NCBI GenBank assembly: GCA_964016885.1
Contig: OZ024742.1
Location: 171,802,001-171,866,000, forward strand
Direction: 5' to 3'
From: Eledone cirrhosa
Taxonomy: Eukaryota
Length of the DNA: 64,000 nt
A program made the position numbers and the translations under genes. The notes below the pieces were generated by a model that saw only the letters and a list, made by a program, of their open reading frames with translations, did no database searches and was not told where the DNA came from. Shown one piece after another: positions 29,708 to 43,237 of this stretch; position 1 is the first letter of the stretch, and each line of letters starts with the position of its first letter.

Positions 29708-31600
29708 GATAAATAGATAGAGAGATAGATAGAGAGAGAGATAGAGAAAATATTCAATGGAAAGTATTTTCGTTTATTGAATTTCCCCTCCCTTGGGTGA
29801 TACGAAGTGAAGTTCTTCAATGCATCCGTATTCATTTAAGATGTGGAACACTCTAAGTGAAATTTGGTTGCTATTTATTCTACCTCGAGTGAGTGCATTT
29901 AAATTCGCACATTACATTCAATTGTATAGTTATATATACTTATGATGTGTTTGTTGGTGTTTGTTTATTTTTGTTGTTTCTATCTAATTAAATTATGATC
30001 AAATGCTATTCAGCTGTGAATATCTCATCCCTTTTTCGGACATAGAATAATTAATTGTATTTCAATCACCTTATACCGTACGGAAACACATTAATAAGAT
30101 ATTCTTGTGAAATACGAACTACAATATGACTATATTTCATCTAATACTGCAAATTATCACGGCAATCCCATGACCAGTAAATATATTATACGCATTTGAA
30201 TAAACACATCACCTGAAACAACTTTACTAAGGCATTCTTGAAAAGTACAAAATAGCACTATAACATTAAAAATGAAACTCTTTGCTCCAATACTTTAATT
30301 TTTCACAATAATCTCTTCCTTAATAAACATACCATAAGCATGTGAACTAACAACAGTATATTTAGATATTTTCAGCAACATCAATACAGGATGTTAAACA
30401 TCACTCAATTTCAAATGTATTGATGTGTAACATACAGATTTTGCTACTAGTTGTATCAACTTAAGGGAGGTCCTGACTGCTCAATCTTTAGTTCGACTTA
30501 GGTAATCATGCGTTTGTTTTGCTAAAAGTGTCTAAATTGGTAAATAAAAATATCTGATTCTTGGACGTATGTAATATATATGTATGTATGTATGAATGTA
30601 TGTACGGACAAAAAGGAATGAAAAAACGAACGACCAACAGTATCTCATTCATGCCAGTTTCCTCTTTCCACCACACCGACGTCCATGGAAAAGGCAAAGG
30701 GCCGAACACAATTGGCAACAGAGGGGTTGCAACTAAATTTTTATAGCTGGATGAACTGGGGCAACGCGAAATATAGGGTCATGCTCAATTCACCACCTTA
30801 CGATCGTGAGATCAACATTTGAACCACTACGCAATGCACCTTAATCCAACAAATATATAATCAATATTATAAGAACAAGCTAGAAAAAATAAGTAGATGG
30901 GCGCCGAATAATGACTGAACTAATAAACTAATGAAAGAATAAAACAATAAGCTTAACTTTGAAACGAATTTCTATTAAACTTGTAAAAAAATATGTAGGA
31001 GTGTTTCGTTAACAATGTTGAAAGTTTTAATTTCCATTACCGTAGGAGTTATTTCCTCTTTGATTCTCGTAAATATTCTCTGTAACTCTATTAATTCATG
31101 TGTCTTGACGCTCGAATATCTTTCATACAAGATATCTGTCTTCCTTCCAGAAACTAAATATGAACACAATTGCCTTTGGTATTTTCGCTTCATATGGTCT
31201 CTCTCCCTCATTGTACTCCTTCTCTCGTTCCGCAACCCCTGACTCTCTTAACCTCACTTTCTCTCATTATCTCTATCCTGAATTCATGTTGGCTTATCAC
31301 ATATAAAATCGTTTGCAAGCCGACTGTTTTGAGATAAATTAAAAACAAATACAAGAAAATCAGTTTGCAAAGAAACAACAAAAGCAACCATGACAGAACA
31401 AAAGTAATAATATGAACAACAACAATTCCAAAATAATAACTACAAAGGGCCAACTTTTGCCGCAGGAGAATTAATCGGATTTTCAAAAGAAAATGAGCAC
31501 TTTCTGAAATTAAAGATCCTTAGTAAACAAAGACACAACAACAACAACAGCAACAACAACAACAGCAACAACAAAAACAACAACAACAACAGCAATGATA

Positions 31601-31783
31601 ATAATTGTTTCTACTTTTGGCACAAGGCCAGCAATAATTCCACTGTATTACTGGTATTTATTTTATCGACCCCGTAAGGATGAAAGGCAAAGTTAACCTT
31701 GGCGGGATTTGAACTCAGACCATAAAGACCCGTAACTCGTTGCTGCAAAGCATGGCGTCGAATCCTCTACCGATACTGCCAAT
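31601..31783 (-). mobile_element. SINE
   Basis: Full match to the dominant SINE. Confidence 0.85.
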
Positions 31784-31804
31784 AATAATGATAATGATAT
31801 TAAT

Positions 31805-33545
31805 AATGGTTTCTTTATTGACCACAAGGACTAACACGAAGGAAAACATTACAGACGGCACAGAACGATAGAAAGTTGGTTTTGGCCGTGTAAAATGTTA
31901 TAAAAGACAGAAACGTGGAAGCCTCCGAGAGTCACTCGTGGCGAAAACCACACAAAAGACCACGGCCAACCTGACCACCAGGGCAACACCTTCTCTCAAT
32001 TTTCCCACTCCTCAGTCTACAGGCGTATACTCTGAGTGGGCTCGTTCACTCGGACCAGAATCGCCACTTTCACCCACCTTTCATCAAATTTACTAGAAGA
32101 CAGCACTTGCCTCCGAGCCTTGATTCTCCTCTTCAAGTGAAACTTGAAAAAGTTAATCAGGGATTGGCCGTAGAGGAAAGTGTCCGTCTTCAACCCTTTC
32201 AACCTTGTCCATCACACAATCTCTTTTGCCATGGCGACCAGGCAGATGAAAACTGCTTGCCCTTCCTCCTCTTTAAAGGAGGATGGCGGGATTGTACAAT
32301 GGACTCAGTCGATAACCGGATCCGTCCTACACCTGACAGCAACTGCTCGACATAGCTCCAGACGTCAGTTTTCCTCGGGCACTGAACGAGTGCGTGCAGG
32401 ACAGTTTCGTCGTTCTGCGCGCATCTCGGACAGGCTCAGCTGACAGCACCTCCATGCCTGTAGAGCTTATCCCGAAAGGGCAACGCTCCCCTGCAGCACT
32501 GCCAGGCCAGGGATTTCTGGAAATTGTCCATAGGCCCAGGGCTGAAATTTCTCTTGAAGAGAGCAAACAGCTTCGACGCCCACGGTCTCCCCGAGAACGT
32601 CGTCGTTCTTCCTCTACACTAGCTCTCTATAGAACGCCAAGGTGGATGTTCCACTGAAATCTGTGTCCAGCTGTTAGAGGGTGGTGAGCGCTTGGAATCA
32701 TTCAAGCTTGCAAGTGCTATCCCCCGGTCTTTTTCTGATCCAGTACTGCAGCTCCGTCAAGGAGACAAGCTGGGGAAAAGCGTCTCTGGCGAACGGCGAC
32801 CACACCTGTTCACCGTGAAGGAAGCACCGTTGTCGCAGCCTCAGCGCATGTTTGCGCATCATCAGCCATGGCATGCTCAGTTCTCCACGCAACGGGTGCT
32901 GACAGCAGATGGATCGTCTGACCATGGGAGCACGTCCCTTCCACAGAAAGCGGGAGAAAAGTCGCTCCATTTTGGTCAGAGTTGGAAGGGGGCAAGATAC
33001 GACGGTCAGGCGGTAGCAGATGACAGACGCGATGTAAGCATTCGCCACCTCCGCCCGACTTTTCAGAGATAGCTTCCTCTCAGCCCATTTCTGGATGAAA
33101 GTAGCCACCCTGCTCGTCATCTCGCTCCAGTTTTTCTCCATCTGGAGGTTCGAATCGAACAAGACCCCGAGCAATTTAACCGGTCCTTCCATCCATCGCC
33201 CCATGACGCTGTCGGACGGCATGGACTTGCCTCTCCAGGTACTGAGTTGCAAGCCCACCGACCTTTCCTGGTTTATCTTTGCTCCTGTCACTGCTTCGTA
33301 TTCCTTGAGAGCGGTGCCGAGCCTCTGGACGTGTTTGGTTCTCGACACCTCCAAGGTGACGTCGTGGGCTTAAGCCGACACGGATGTCCCGCATCCCAGT
33401 TCGTGAGGCACACCACCCCCTCATGGTCTCCAATTTGTGCAGTAATGGCTCGAGGACCAGTACGTACAAGAAAGACGAGAGGGTACAACTCTGGCGGACG
33501 GACGGCATGATGCTGAACGGCTGCGACACAATCACACACAAACAA
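31805..33545 (-). mobile_element. 5'-truncated Tx1/L1-clade LINE (frameshifted RT C-terminus plus zf-RVT)
   Basis: SVRQSCTLSSFLYVLVLEPLL; LKEYEAVTGAKIN..S; VKLLGV; W..RKLSLKSRAEVAN. GC-richer than the flanks; the 3' end has AATAAAG and an (ATT)n tail. Confidence 0.85.
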
Positions 33546-33606
33546 ATAAAACGGTAGTCCTTAACCGTCCTTATTTTTTTTATTAATGTAAACCCTGTGA
33601 AGAAAT

Positions 33607-33680
<74 letters not shown>

Positions 33681-34372
33681 TGTCGCATCTCGGGCATGTC
33701 CGAGATGCGCGCAGGGCCACGAAACCGTCCTGCACGCACTCGTCCAGTGTCCGAAAATTGCTGACTTGTGGGTTTATGTCGAACACCTGCTGTCGCGTGT
33801 AGGACGGATCCGGCTATCATCTGAGTCCATCGTGAGGATTGCCCCGCCCTCCTCCTTTAGCCGGGAAGGGCAGGCAGTTTGTATCTGTCTGGTGGCCATG
33901 GCGAAAGAGATAGTATGGTGGACACGTTTGAAAGGGCTGAAGACGAGCACTTACCTCTTTGGTGATGCTCTGATTGACTTTTTCAAATTTCATTTGAAAA
34001 GGAAAATCAGAGTAGAGAGGGAAGTGCTCTCTTCCCAGCATTTTGTTGAAAGATGGGTGAGAGAAGCAAGAATGGCCCGAGTGAATGGGCCAACTCTGAG
34101 TATATATCTGTAAATTAAAGGTGGAAAACTGGGAGAGGGCACTTGCCTTGGTGGTCAGGGTCACTGTGGCCTTTTACTGGGCTTTCTCCACAAATGTCCC
34201 TCCGAAGTCTCACCCCTATTGGGGAATTTTTCATTGTTATTTTTTTGTTACATCCTGTGTTTTTGTTTTTTACACGCAGAAATGCCCATTTGTACCGTCC
34301 TGTATTGTCATGCACTGTCCTTAATGTCTACTTTATGTAAACCTTTGTGGTTAATAAAGAAATCATTATTAT
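33681..34372 (+). mobile_element. Tx1/L1-clade LINE 3' fragment
   Basis: C-terminal C..C...ETVLHALVQC region and a 3' UTR homologous to 31805-32420 (inverted) and 35260-35897. Confidence 0.85.
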
Positions 34373-34389
34373 AAACCCTGTGAAGAAAT

Positions 34390-34421
<32 letters not shown>

Positions 34422-34448
34422 TTATTATTATTATCATTGTTCTTTGAA

Positions 34449-34738
34449 GGCGTGAATTGGCAGTATCGGTAGAGGGCTGGACGCCATGCTTTCTAGCATA
34501 GTTACGTCCCCTTACGGTCTGCATTAAAATCCCTCCAAGGTTAACTTTGCCTTTCATCCTTACGGGTTCGATAAAATAAAGTAGCAGTAATGTACTGGAT
34601 AATTGCTGGCCTTGTGCCAAAAGTAGAAACAATTATTATTATTATTTTGCCTTTCATCCTTACGGGGTCGATAAAATAAAGTACCAGTAATGCACTGGGT
34701 ATTTGCTGGCCTTGTGCCTAAAGTAGAAACAATTATTG
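34449..34738 (+). mobile_element. SINE plus partial tandem copy
   Basis: Match to the dominant SINE. Confidence 0.8.
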
Positions 34739-34764
34739 TTATTATTATAATTTATTTTTCTGCT

Positions 34765-35897
34765 GTCAACACCCGCCTCGTGGAGGTTTGGGCATGCAGT
34801 GGCTCTTGATGCGCATACACGCGCTCAGGCAACGACATCTCCACCTCTTCCTCGACGGAGATCAGGCCGTGATCGCCGTTTGCTAGACGCGTCTTTCTCC
34901 AGCTCGTCTCCTTGGCGGAGCTGAAGTCCTGGGTCAAGCGAAGACCGAGAGGGAGCGCTTGAATATGGGAATGTCTTCAGGCGCTCACAGGCCGCGGCCA
35001 GTCGGGCAATGTGATCGGTGGAAACTCCACCTTGGCGTTCTGTAGAGGATTAGTGGAGGAGAAGAGCAACGATGTCCTGGGGAAAACTCTAGGCGTCGAC
35101 GAAAATCAATTAGCTAATCTCTTTCGAAGAACTTTTGGGCCGGGGCCTATGAACAACTTCCAGAAATCCCTGGCCTGGCAGTGCTACCGAGGAGCTTTGC
35201 CAGTTCGGGATAAACTCTACAGGCATAGAAATGCCGTCAGCCGGGCATCTCCGCTATGCCCGTACGAAACCGTCCTGCATGCACTCGTCCAATGTCCGAG
35301 CATTGCTGACTTGTGGGATTATGTCGAACACCTGCTGTCGCGTGTAAGACGGATCCGGCTATCAACTGAGCCCATCGTGAGGATTTCCCCGCCCTCTTCC
35401 TTTAGCCGGGAAGGGTAGGCAGTTTTTATCTGTTTGGTGGGCATGGCGAAAGTGATAGTATGGTGGACGCGTTTGAAAAGGCTGAAGGCGAGCACTTAGC
35501 TCTTCGGTTATGCCCTGATTAACTTTTTCAAATTTCATTTGAAAAGGAAAATCAGAGTAGGGAAGTGCTCTCTTCCCAGCATTTTGTTGAAAGATGGGTG
35601 AGAGAGGCAAGAATGGCCTGTGTGAATGGGCCTACTCTGAGTATGTGCTTGTAAATTGAAGTTGGAAAACTGGGAGAGGGCACTTGCCCTGATGATCAGG
35701 GTTACCGTGGCTTTTTTAATGGGCTTTCTCCACGAATGTCCCTCGGAAACCTTGTGGAATTGTTCCTTGTTTCTTTTTTTTGTTACATCCTCTGTTTTTG
35801 TTTTTTTTTAAACGCAGAAATACACGTTTGTACCGTCCTGTATTGTCCTTAATGTCTTACTTTGTGTAAACCCTTGTGGTTAATAAAGAAAGCATTA
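34765..35897 (+). mobile_element. Tx1/L1-clade LINE 3' fragment
   Basis: FQKSLAWQCYRGALPVRDKLYRH...ETVLHALVQC (zf-RVT-like), with stops and frameshifts. Confidence 0.85.
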
Positions 35898-36423
35898 TTA
35901 TAATTTATTGTGAATTATCAAACTTTATCAATCCTCACATCAAATTCTCTTACTTTTTTTTATGTTTGTGTCGCTGCTGCCCTTGTTATTCGTTTTGCTA
36001 CCGCTGTTATATGCTAATTATGCTAATTAGCATTAGCTTACTAATCAATGTCAATGATGTAATAGTGTTCAGTGTAACCAGAACCTGTATTGATTGAACT
36101 ACAGTATCAGCATGCACCAACCCGTCGATATGACCGACAATTATAAGTACACCCAAAAAAGCTACAATTACAAGAAATATCATCAAAGCTTTTTACACCA
36201 GCTACTCATTGTCTTATTGGCCGCCATATTATATTGGCTATCTGAAATCATTATTTTACAAATTCTATTTCATTTTATTATTATTAATATTATTATTATT
36301 ATTATTATGTGATTTTGTTTATAATTATACATTTATTCAGTATTTCCTTCATAACATTATTCACTCACCTCACAATTCTCTTTCTCTCTCTCTCTCACTC
36401 TGTCACTCTCTCTCTCTCACCCT

Positions 36424-36493
<70 letters not shown>

Positions 36494-36526
36494 TTCTCCC
36501 ACTCTCTCTCCCACTATTTCTCTATG

Positions 36527-36607
<81 letters not shown>

Positions 36608-36767
36608 GTGTGTGTGCGTGTGTGTGTGTGTGTGCGTCCGTGTTTAATATACTACTACCCAATAAAATTAGTAAAGGAATGAAATTACCGTAAAAGTGAA
36701 CGAGCAATAATAATTGCTGTTATAATGGAGATATTTCTTTGAAATGTCTCATTCTATTAAAGAAATA

Positions 36768-37400
36768 ATAATTGTTTCTACTTTTGACACAAGGCCAACA
36801 GATACCTCAGTACATTACTGGTACTTTATTTTCTCGAAGCCGTAAGGTTGAAAGGCAAAGTTAACCTCGGCAGGATTTCAGTTCAGACTGTAAAGGACCG
36901 TATGCAAAGCATCTCGTCGAACCCTCTACCGATGCTGCTAATACTAAACAAATAACGGTTTCTACTATATGCACTAGGCCATCAATTTGGGGGGAGGGGA
37001 AAGTCGATTAAATTGACCCCAGTGCGTGACTGGTACTTTATTTTATCGACCCCGTAAGGACGAAAGGCCGGATTTGAACTCGTATTGTAAAGGGATGTAA
37101 CTCTATACTGCAGAGCATGTCGTCCAACCCTCTACCGATACTGCCAATACTAAACAATTATAATAATAATGGTTTCTGGTTTAGTCACAAGGCCAACAAT
37201 TTCGGGGGATAGTGTTAGGGTTTGCGGCATATAGTTACGCCCCTTTACGTTCTGAGTTCAAATCCCGCAGAAGTTAGCTTGGCGTTTACTCATTGCGACA
37301 TCGATAAAAATAAGGTAGCAGAAACGCCAAGGTGTCTATATAAATGACTTTTTCCTTCCTTTCAAATTACTGGTCTTTTTTCAAAAGGGAAAACAATTAT
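36768..37400. mobile_element. Cluster of SINE copies (two minus, one degenerate plus)
   Basis: Matches to the SINE core and B box. Confidence 0.75.
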
Positions 37401-38574
37401 TATTTAGAGTTAGAGCGTCAAAGACAAATTGTTTGCGATATTTCTTTGGGCTTTTTACGTTTTCAGTTCAAATACCACCAAAATCTTCATTCCGATGTTG
37501 ATAAAATAGAATAACATTCCAGCACTTGTGTCATTTAATCGATTTTCAGTTATCCCAAATATGCTGCATATGTGCCTATGTTAAATATCGTATTCTCACC
37601 CTTGTAACATCCCACACAATGTAAACTGTTGTTGTAATAACCCATTAGTCTGGGTAAATCATTATAATATATAATATTATTACTGTTATTGATAATTATT
37701 TTTTATTTCATAGAGTGGTGGTGGGAGAGGATTAACAGAATAATTAATGCATCAGCAAAATGCTTTATGGCTTTTTCTTACGGCTCTTTGTGTTTTTACT
37801 TCATATCCCTTCAAGGTCTACTTTCCATCCTTCTGCGCTTGAGAAAATAAGGCACCTGTAAATTTCTGGGGTCAATATAATCGGCTTTCCTAACACACAA
37901 CTGGATCCATGTGATGAGATTAGAAATCTTTATTTGTTTTATTATTATTAATTTAGTTTTTATTATTATTGCAGTTACATTTCGCTGGAAGCTCAAGTAG
38001 AAGCAATCTTAAATCTAGGTTAGAAGATTTCAGAATAAAAAAAAAAGCAACAAGAAAATAACAACAAAAAAACAACAACAAAAACAAATGATAGAAAATA
38101 ACAATAAGTAGCAGCATAAATAAATAAAAATAAAATAAAAAACACGACAAGTAATCGATGTATAAGAGTGGGCGGTATCAACGAATTATATTTTAAGAAC
38201 TGTAGAAAGGAAAATAAAAAAACAAAAACCTTCCCCGCTTCAGCACCGCAATCCAAACCAACACCATCATCATCGTCAGAACTTCTAGCGGGATAACCAA
38301 CATTCCCGCAATCAGCACTAATACGACTGCTACAACAACAACAATAATTATTATGATGAGTGCAGCGTAGTGCGGTCTTCATCAGATAATTAGTGACAAT
38401 AATTAGTGAAAAAGGGAGAGAGAGCGGGAAAGAAGAAAGGAGAAGGCGAGGAAGATTTTCAAGAAAGAGATTGCATGAGAACATTACACCATGCTAATTC
38501 TTCACAGAAGCACAGAGAGGCACATAGAAGGATGTAGTAGCAGAGACTCTCAATAAATAGGTACACTCGATTAC

Positions 38575-38717
38575 CTGCCTCTTATTCCAGTCTTCATACA
38601 TTTCGTAGGTTTAATACATTTTATATATTTCAAGTAGAACATGCACTCTAACTCATGCGTGAAAGATTGATCGATATTTATTGATATGTCTCCACCGTCC
38701 CCAATATAAATTCCAAT
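38575..38717 (-). CDS. Candidate internal exon of the minus-strand host gene
   Basis: catctag|...GGCAG|gtaatc; 143 nt open: IGIYIGDGGDISINIDQSFTHELECMFYLKYIKCIKPTKCMKTGIRG. No homology recognised. Confidence 0.35.
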
Positions 38718-38766
38718 CTAGATGTTGCGATTTGCAGAATACACACTGAAAAACTTAGGCATCCGT

Positions 38767-38810
<44 letters not shown>

Positions 38811-39411
38811 TAGATAAATAGATATATAGATATATAGATATAGATATTTATATACATGTATATACATGAATATACATGTATGTATGCATGCATGTGTGCG
38901 TATGTATGTGTTTTGTGTGTATATATGTATGTATTTTGTATATATGTATATGTGTCTGTGTGTATGAGCGTGTTGTGAGCGTGTGTAGTCCCGTGTAGAC
39001 ATATTCATGGTTGTGAGGTTTAAAAGTATTTGTGCAGACTTTGTAAATTGGCCTAATGATCCAAAAAGAACTCTAAGCTGATGAAGATACACGAAGTGAG
39101 CATCTAAACTGCACCGACCTGAAATATAGTGGGGGAAAGGGAGAAAAATATATATAGGTTATAGGTATGTAGTCAGCGGTACGCCTCCTACTTTACCGCC
39201 ACAACGTCCAACTGCCCTAATTAACCTATAAAGCAAAGGAGATAGTATGTAGGAGTGTTTCATTTATCTGATCACTTGCCAGTATATGGCTAACTCCACA
39301 TCAAAATCACTGGGATTAAAGAGAATATAGATATGAACTTTTCAATATCAATGCCAACACACACATGTACTTTATACGCAGACACCCACGCACGTACACA
39401 CACGCACGCAG

Positions 39412-39448
<37 letters not shown>

Positions 39449-39470
39449 CACAGACACACTCAGACACACA

Positions 39471-39616
<146 letters not shown>

Positions 39617-39820
39617 GGTAAGGTGCGTTTGTGTAGAAATCCGTAGATGAAAGATCAAGGAAAACACTGTTCAATCTGTTGCAAGAAAGCTTACTTACTA
39701 TGCACAAATTTCATACACTTATATATATATATATATATGTATGTATGTGTGTGTGAGTGTTTGTGTATATATATATATATATATAAATATATATATATAT
39801 GTGTGTGTATATATATATAT

Positions 39821-40240
39821 AGTGACGAAACATAAGTCAATTGCATGAACTCATAATCCTTTATTTACTGCTATATATATTTCGATGATAGCCATTGAAT
39901 GGCTATGACCTCATCAGGCAGTTAGTCAGTTCTTAGATATGCCAGCTCTGTGTTTGTAGTGTTGATGGTATCAGAGCCTTGGGACGTCCCATAGCTCTGA
40001 TACCATCAACACTAAAAACTCAGAGCTGGCATATCTAAGAACTGACTAACTGCCTGATGAGGTCATAGCCATTCAATGGCTATCATCGAAATATATATAG
40101 CAGTAAATAAAGGATTATGAGTTCATGCAATTGACTTATGTTTCGTCACTATTATAACTCCGGAACTTATATCTTCGTTGAGTGCTCCCTATACGCATAC
40201 TGTAGTACTGGATTTTACCAACACTTACTTTCTTGCTTAT
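39821..40240. mobile_element. Near-perfect 330-bp fold-back palindrome with two intact HHRs, plus extension
   Basis: 39821-40150 is self-complementary about GACGTC (39983-39988); the extension is 40151-40240; (TA)n lies on both sides. Confidence 0.9.
40049..40104 (+). ncRNA. Type I hammerhead ribozyme (mirror copy on minus at 39867-39922)
   Basis: ACTGC-CTGATGA-GGTCATAGCCATTCAATGGCTATCATC-GAAA-TATATATA-GCAGT. Confidence 0.85.
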
Positions 40241-40247
40241 CTATCTA

Positions 40248-40321
<74 letters not shown>

Positions 40322-41038
40322 GGTGAATATACTCAGTATCTGTAGATATGTGTGTATGTATTGCGAATGTAAGAATATGCACAACCAATGAGTGTAAGTT
40401 ACTGAGCAAATAAACTGCCATAAATATCGTAACCGTACAGATTTGTAACCGAAAAACATTGAATATTTCTGGTGACGTTTGCCATAAGGAATCCTGAAAT
40501 ACTGAAAATGTATTCATAGCTGTCACTATGTGACAGTCTATATATGTATATGATGACATTGAGGGAAAATACAAAATACAAGGAATAAATATATACTCAC
40601 ATATCAATGTATTGATTCTGTAGCTTTGACGTTTGTATGAAGGACATAGTATAAGAAGTCTAAGTAACTTATTTGAAACATCTCAAGTGCTGCTCAGGGC
40701 AAGAATCTATTTCTTAACAATAGGGATAGAGATATAACCAGCATTTAATCGATTTCGTTTGAAAGGTATGGAATTTAAGATGAATATAGCCACAGGTATT
40801 TTGTTTATGAGGAGGTTCTTACTGAAATATATCTTCGTATATGTTATCTAAGGAGGTGAATCGTACCTAGAGTTATTTGAATGTCTGTCAAGTTCGAAGA
40901 TCAATTTGGTTCGATTCACATATTTTTTTCCTCAGTTTGATTGCATAATTCTCTTTGTGAAATATGACATATTTATTGAACAATGTTTAATATGGTTTTC
41001 AATGAGATTGAGTGATGTGTCGTTCTGAGATTATATAG

Positions 41039-41091
<53 letters not shown>

Positions 41092-41150
41092 AAGCATATG
41101 CATATATATATACATACATACACACATATATATATATATATATATATATG

Positions 41151-41251
<101 letters not shown>

Positions 41252-41268
41252 AAGCATATGTACATATA

Positions 41269-41312
<44 letters not shown>

Positions 41313-41640
41313 TACATATATATATGTTTGTGTGTGTGGGGATGTGTGTTTGTTTGTTTGTGTGTGTATATATACTATCGAGACGACATAACGTAAAGAT
41401 TCTGTGCATCTGTCCAGTATACATCAGATATGTGTATCAATTCTGAAGAAGTTATCAAAATATTTTTTATATATCATATTTAATGTGTATATAATTTAAA
41501 ATCTATTTTATAATACCTTCCGAAATTACCCCCAGTTCAAGGACAAACTGTTTATTTTAAAATATCTAAAGTTATCTAAATACATTCATCAACATTTTAT
41601 ATAAGCAATTGTGTTAAATTATGTTCTCAGCCCCAGCTTA

Positions 41641-41800
41641 ATAATTGTTTCTACTTTTGGCACAAGGCCAGCAATTAACCAGTACATTACTGGTACTTTA
41701 TTTTATCGACCCCGTAAGGATGAAAGACAAAGTTAACCTCGGCGGGATTTGAACTCAGACCATAAAGCGCCGTAACTCTTTGCTGCAAAGCATGGCGTCC
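41641..41800 (-). mobile_element. SINE
   Basis: Match to the dominant SINE. Confidence 0.85.
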
Positions 41801-43237
41801 AATAATAAAATTAGTTATATTACTAAATCTCTACTAAGTTTTGATTATTTTCACAATTAGTTGAAAATTATAGGTAGTATCTTTCTTTAGAAATATGGTT
41901 ACAAAAGGATTAAAATGTTTATATTTATCTAAAAGCCACCTATCAAAATTTTCTGGCAGAATCATTGTTAAGTTATATTCCAAACACTAGCTTAAAAACA
42001 ATACGGTTTAACCAAATATCTTCATTTTCTTTTTATTTGAAGATCAGAGGCAGTGTATTTCCTTTTAAATATGGTAATGAAAGGGATGAGTACCAGATGA
42101 ACTCTCTAATAACGGGAAGGCGGGAGGAATTATAAAAGACGTTGGTATTGACTATATGTAAGGAGAAAGAATGTGAGAGATGAAAAGACGAGAAGTGAGA
42201 GATGTAGTGGTGGTGGTGGTGGTGGTGGTGGGGGTTGTAGAATAGAGAGATAGAATGTTAGTGGGAAATAGAGAAAAGTTAGGCGTGAGTGTGTAAGTGT
42301 GTATGTGTAAAGTTAAATGTGCGTGTAGGTGTGTGTTGTGTGTATGTGTACCGAGGAAAATTATTCGAACGAGTTAAAATAAAAAAAAACGAGAATGACA
42401 GAAAGTTTAGCGTGAATGAGTAATAGGAATAAGGTGAAGTATGAGTTTGAAGGAAGTGGATCATTTTTTTTAATGATGGGAAGAAAGTTTTAATGGGGTA
42501 GAGAAATAGTTTGAATGAGGCGAAAAACAGTTTGAATGGTGTGAAGGAATGGTTTGAATGATTTGAATACAGAGTTTAAATGATATGAAGAAAGCATTTT
42601 AATGACGAGAAGAATTTAAATGACGAGAAGAAATAATCAAAATGATTAGAAGAAAGCGAATGTGTTAAAGAAAAAATATGAATAAGATGAAAACGAGTTT
42701 GAAGAAGAGATAAAGGAGAGAGGAAAGGGAGAGAGGGTGTTGCTTTGAAAGTATGAGAGGCATTGTTAAAGAAGAAAGGTCATTGTGAATGAGAGATTGG
42801 GAGCATGTATATGTATGAGTGCGAATGTGTGCATATGTGTACATATATGTGCGAGTATGTGAGAGTATATTCGGGCTTATATGAGCATGCATTCGTATGT
42901 GTGTGTGTGTGTGTGTGCGCGCGCGTATGTGACAGATGGAGACAGAGAGTGAGAGAGTGAGAGAGAGAGGGAGAGAGAAATGGAATGGTATGAGGAAGAT
43001 ATTAAATGAGGGAAAGGAAGAGTGAAAGAGAGAAGACAGAGAGAACATGAGTGGGAATGTGTATGTATATGTATGTGTGAGTGAGTATGTGTGAGTGAGT
43101 GTGTGTGTGTGTGTGTGTTGGTGAGGTAGAGTTCCTGTACACAATCCTCCCACACTTCACTCTATTATGATTTGAAACAATGATACTTACTGTATGACTG
43201 ACATGAACAAATATGATCGCATTGTTAACATGACATA

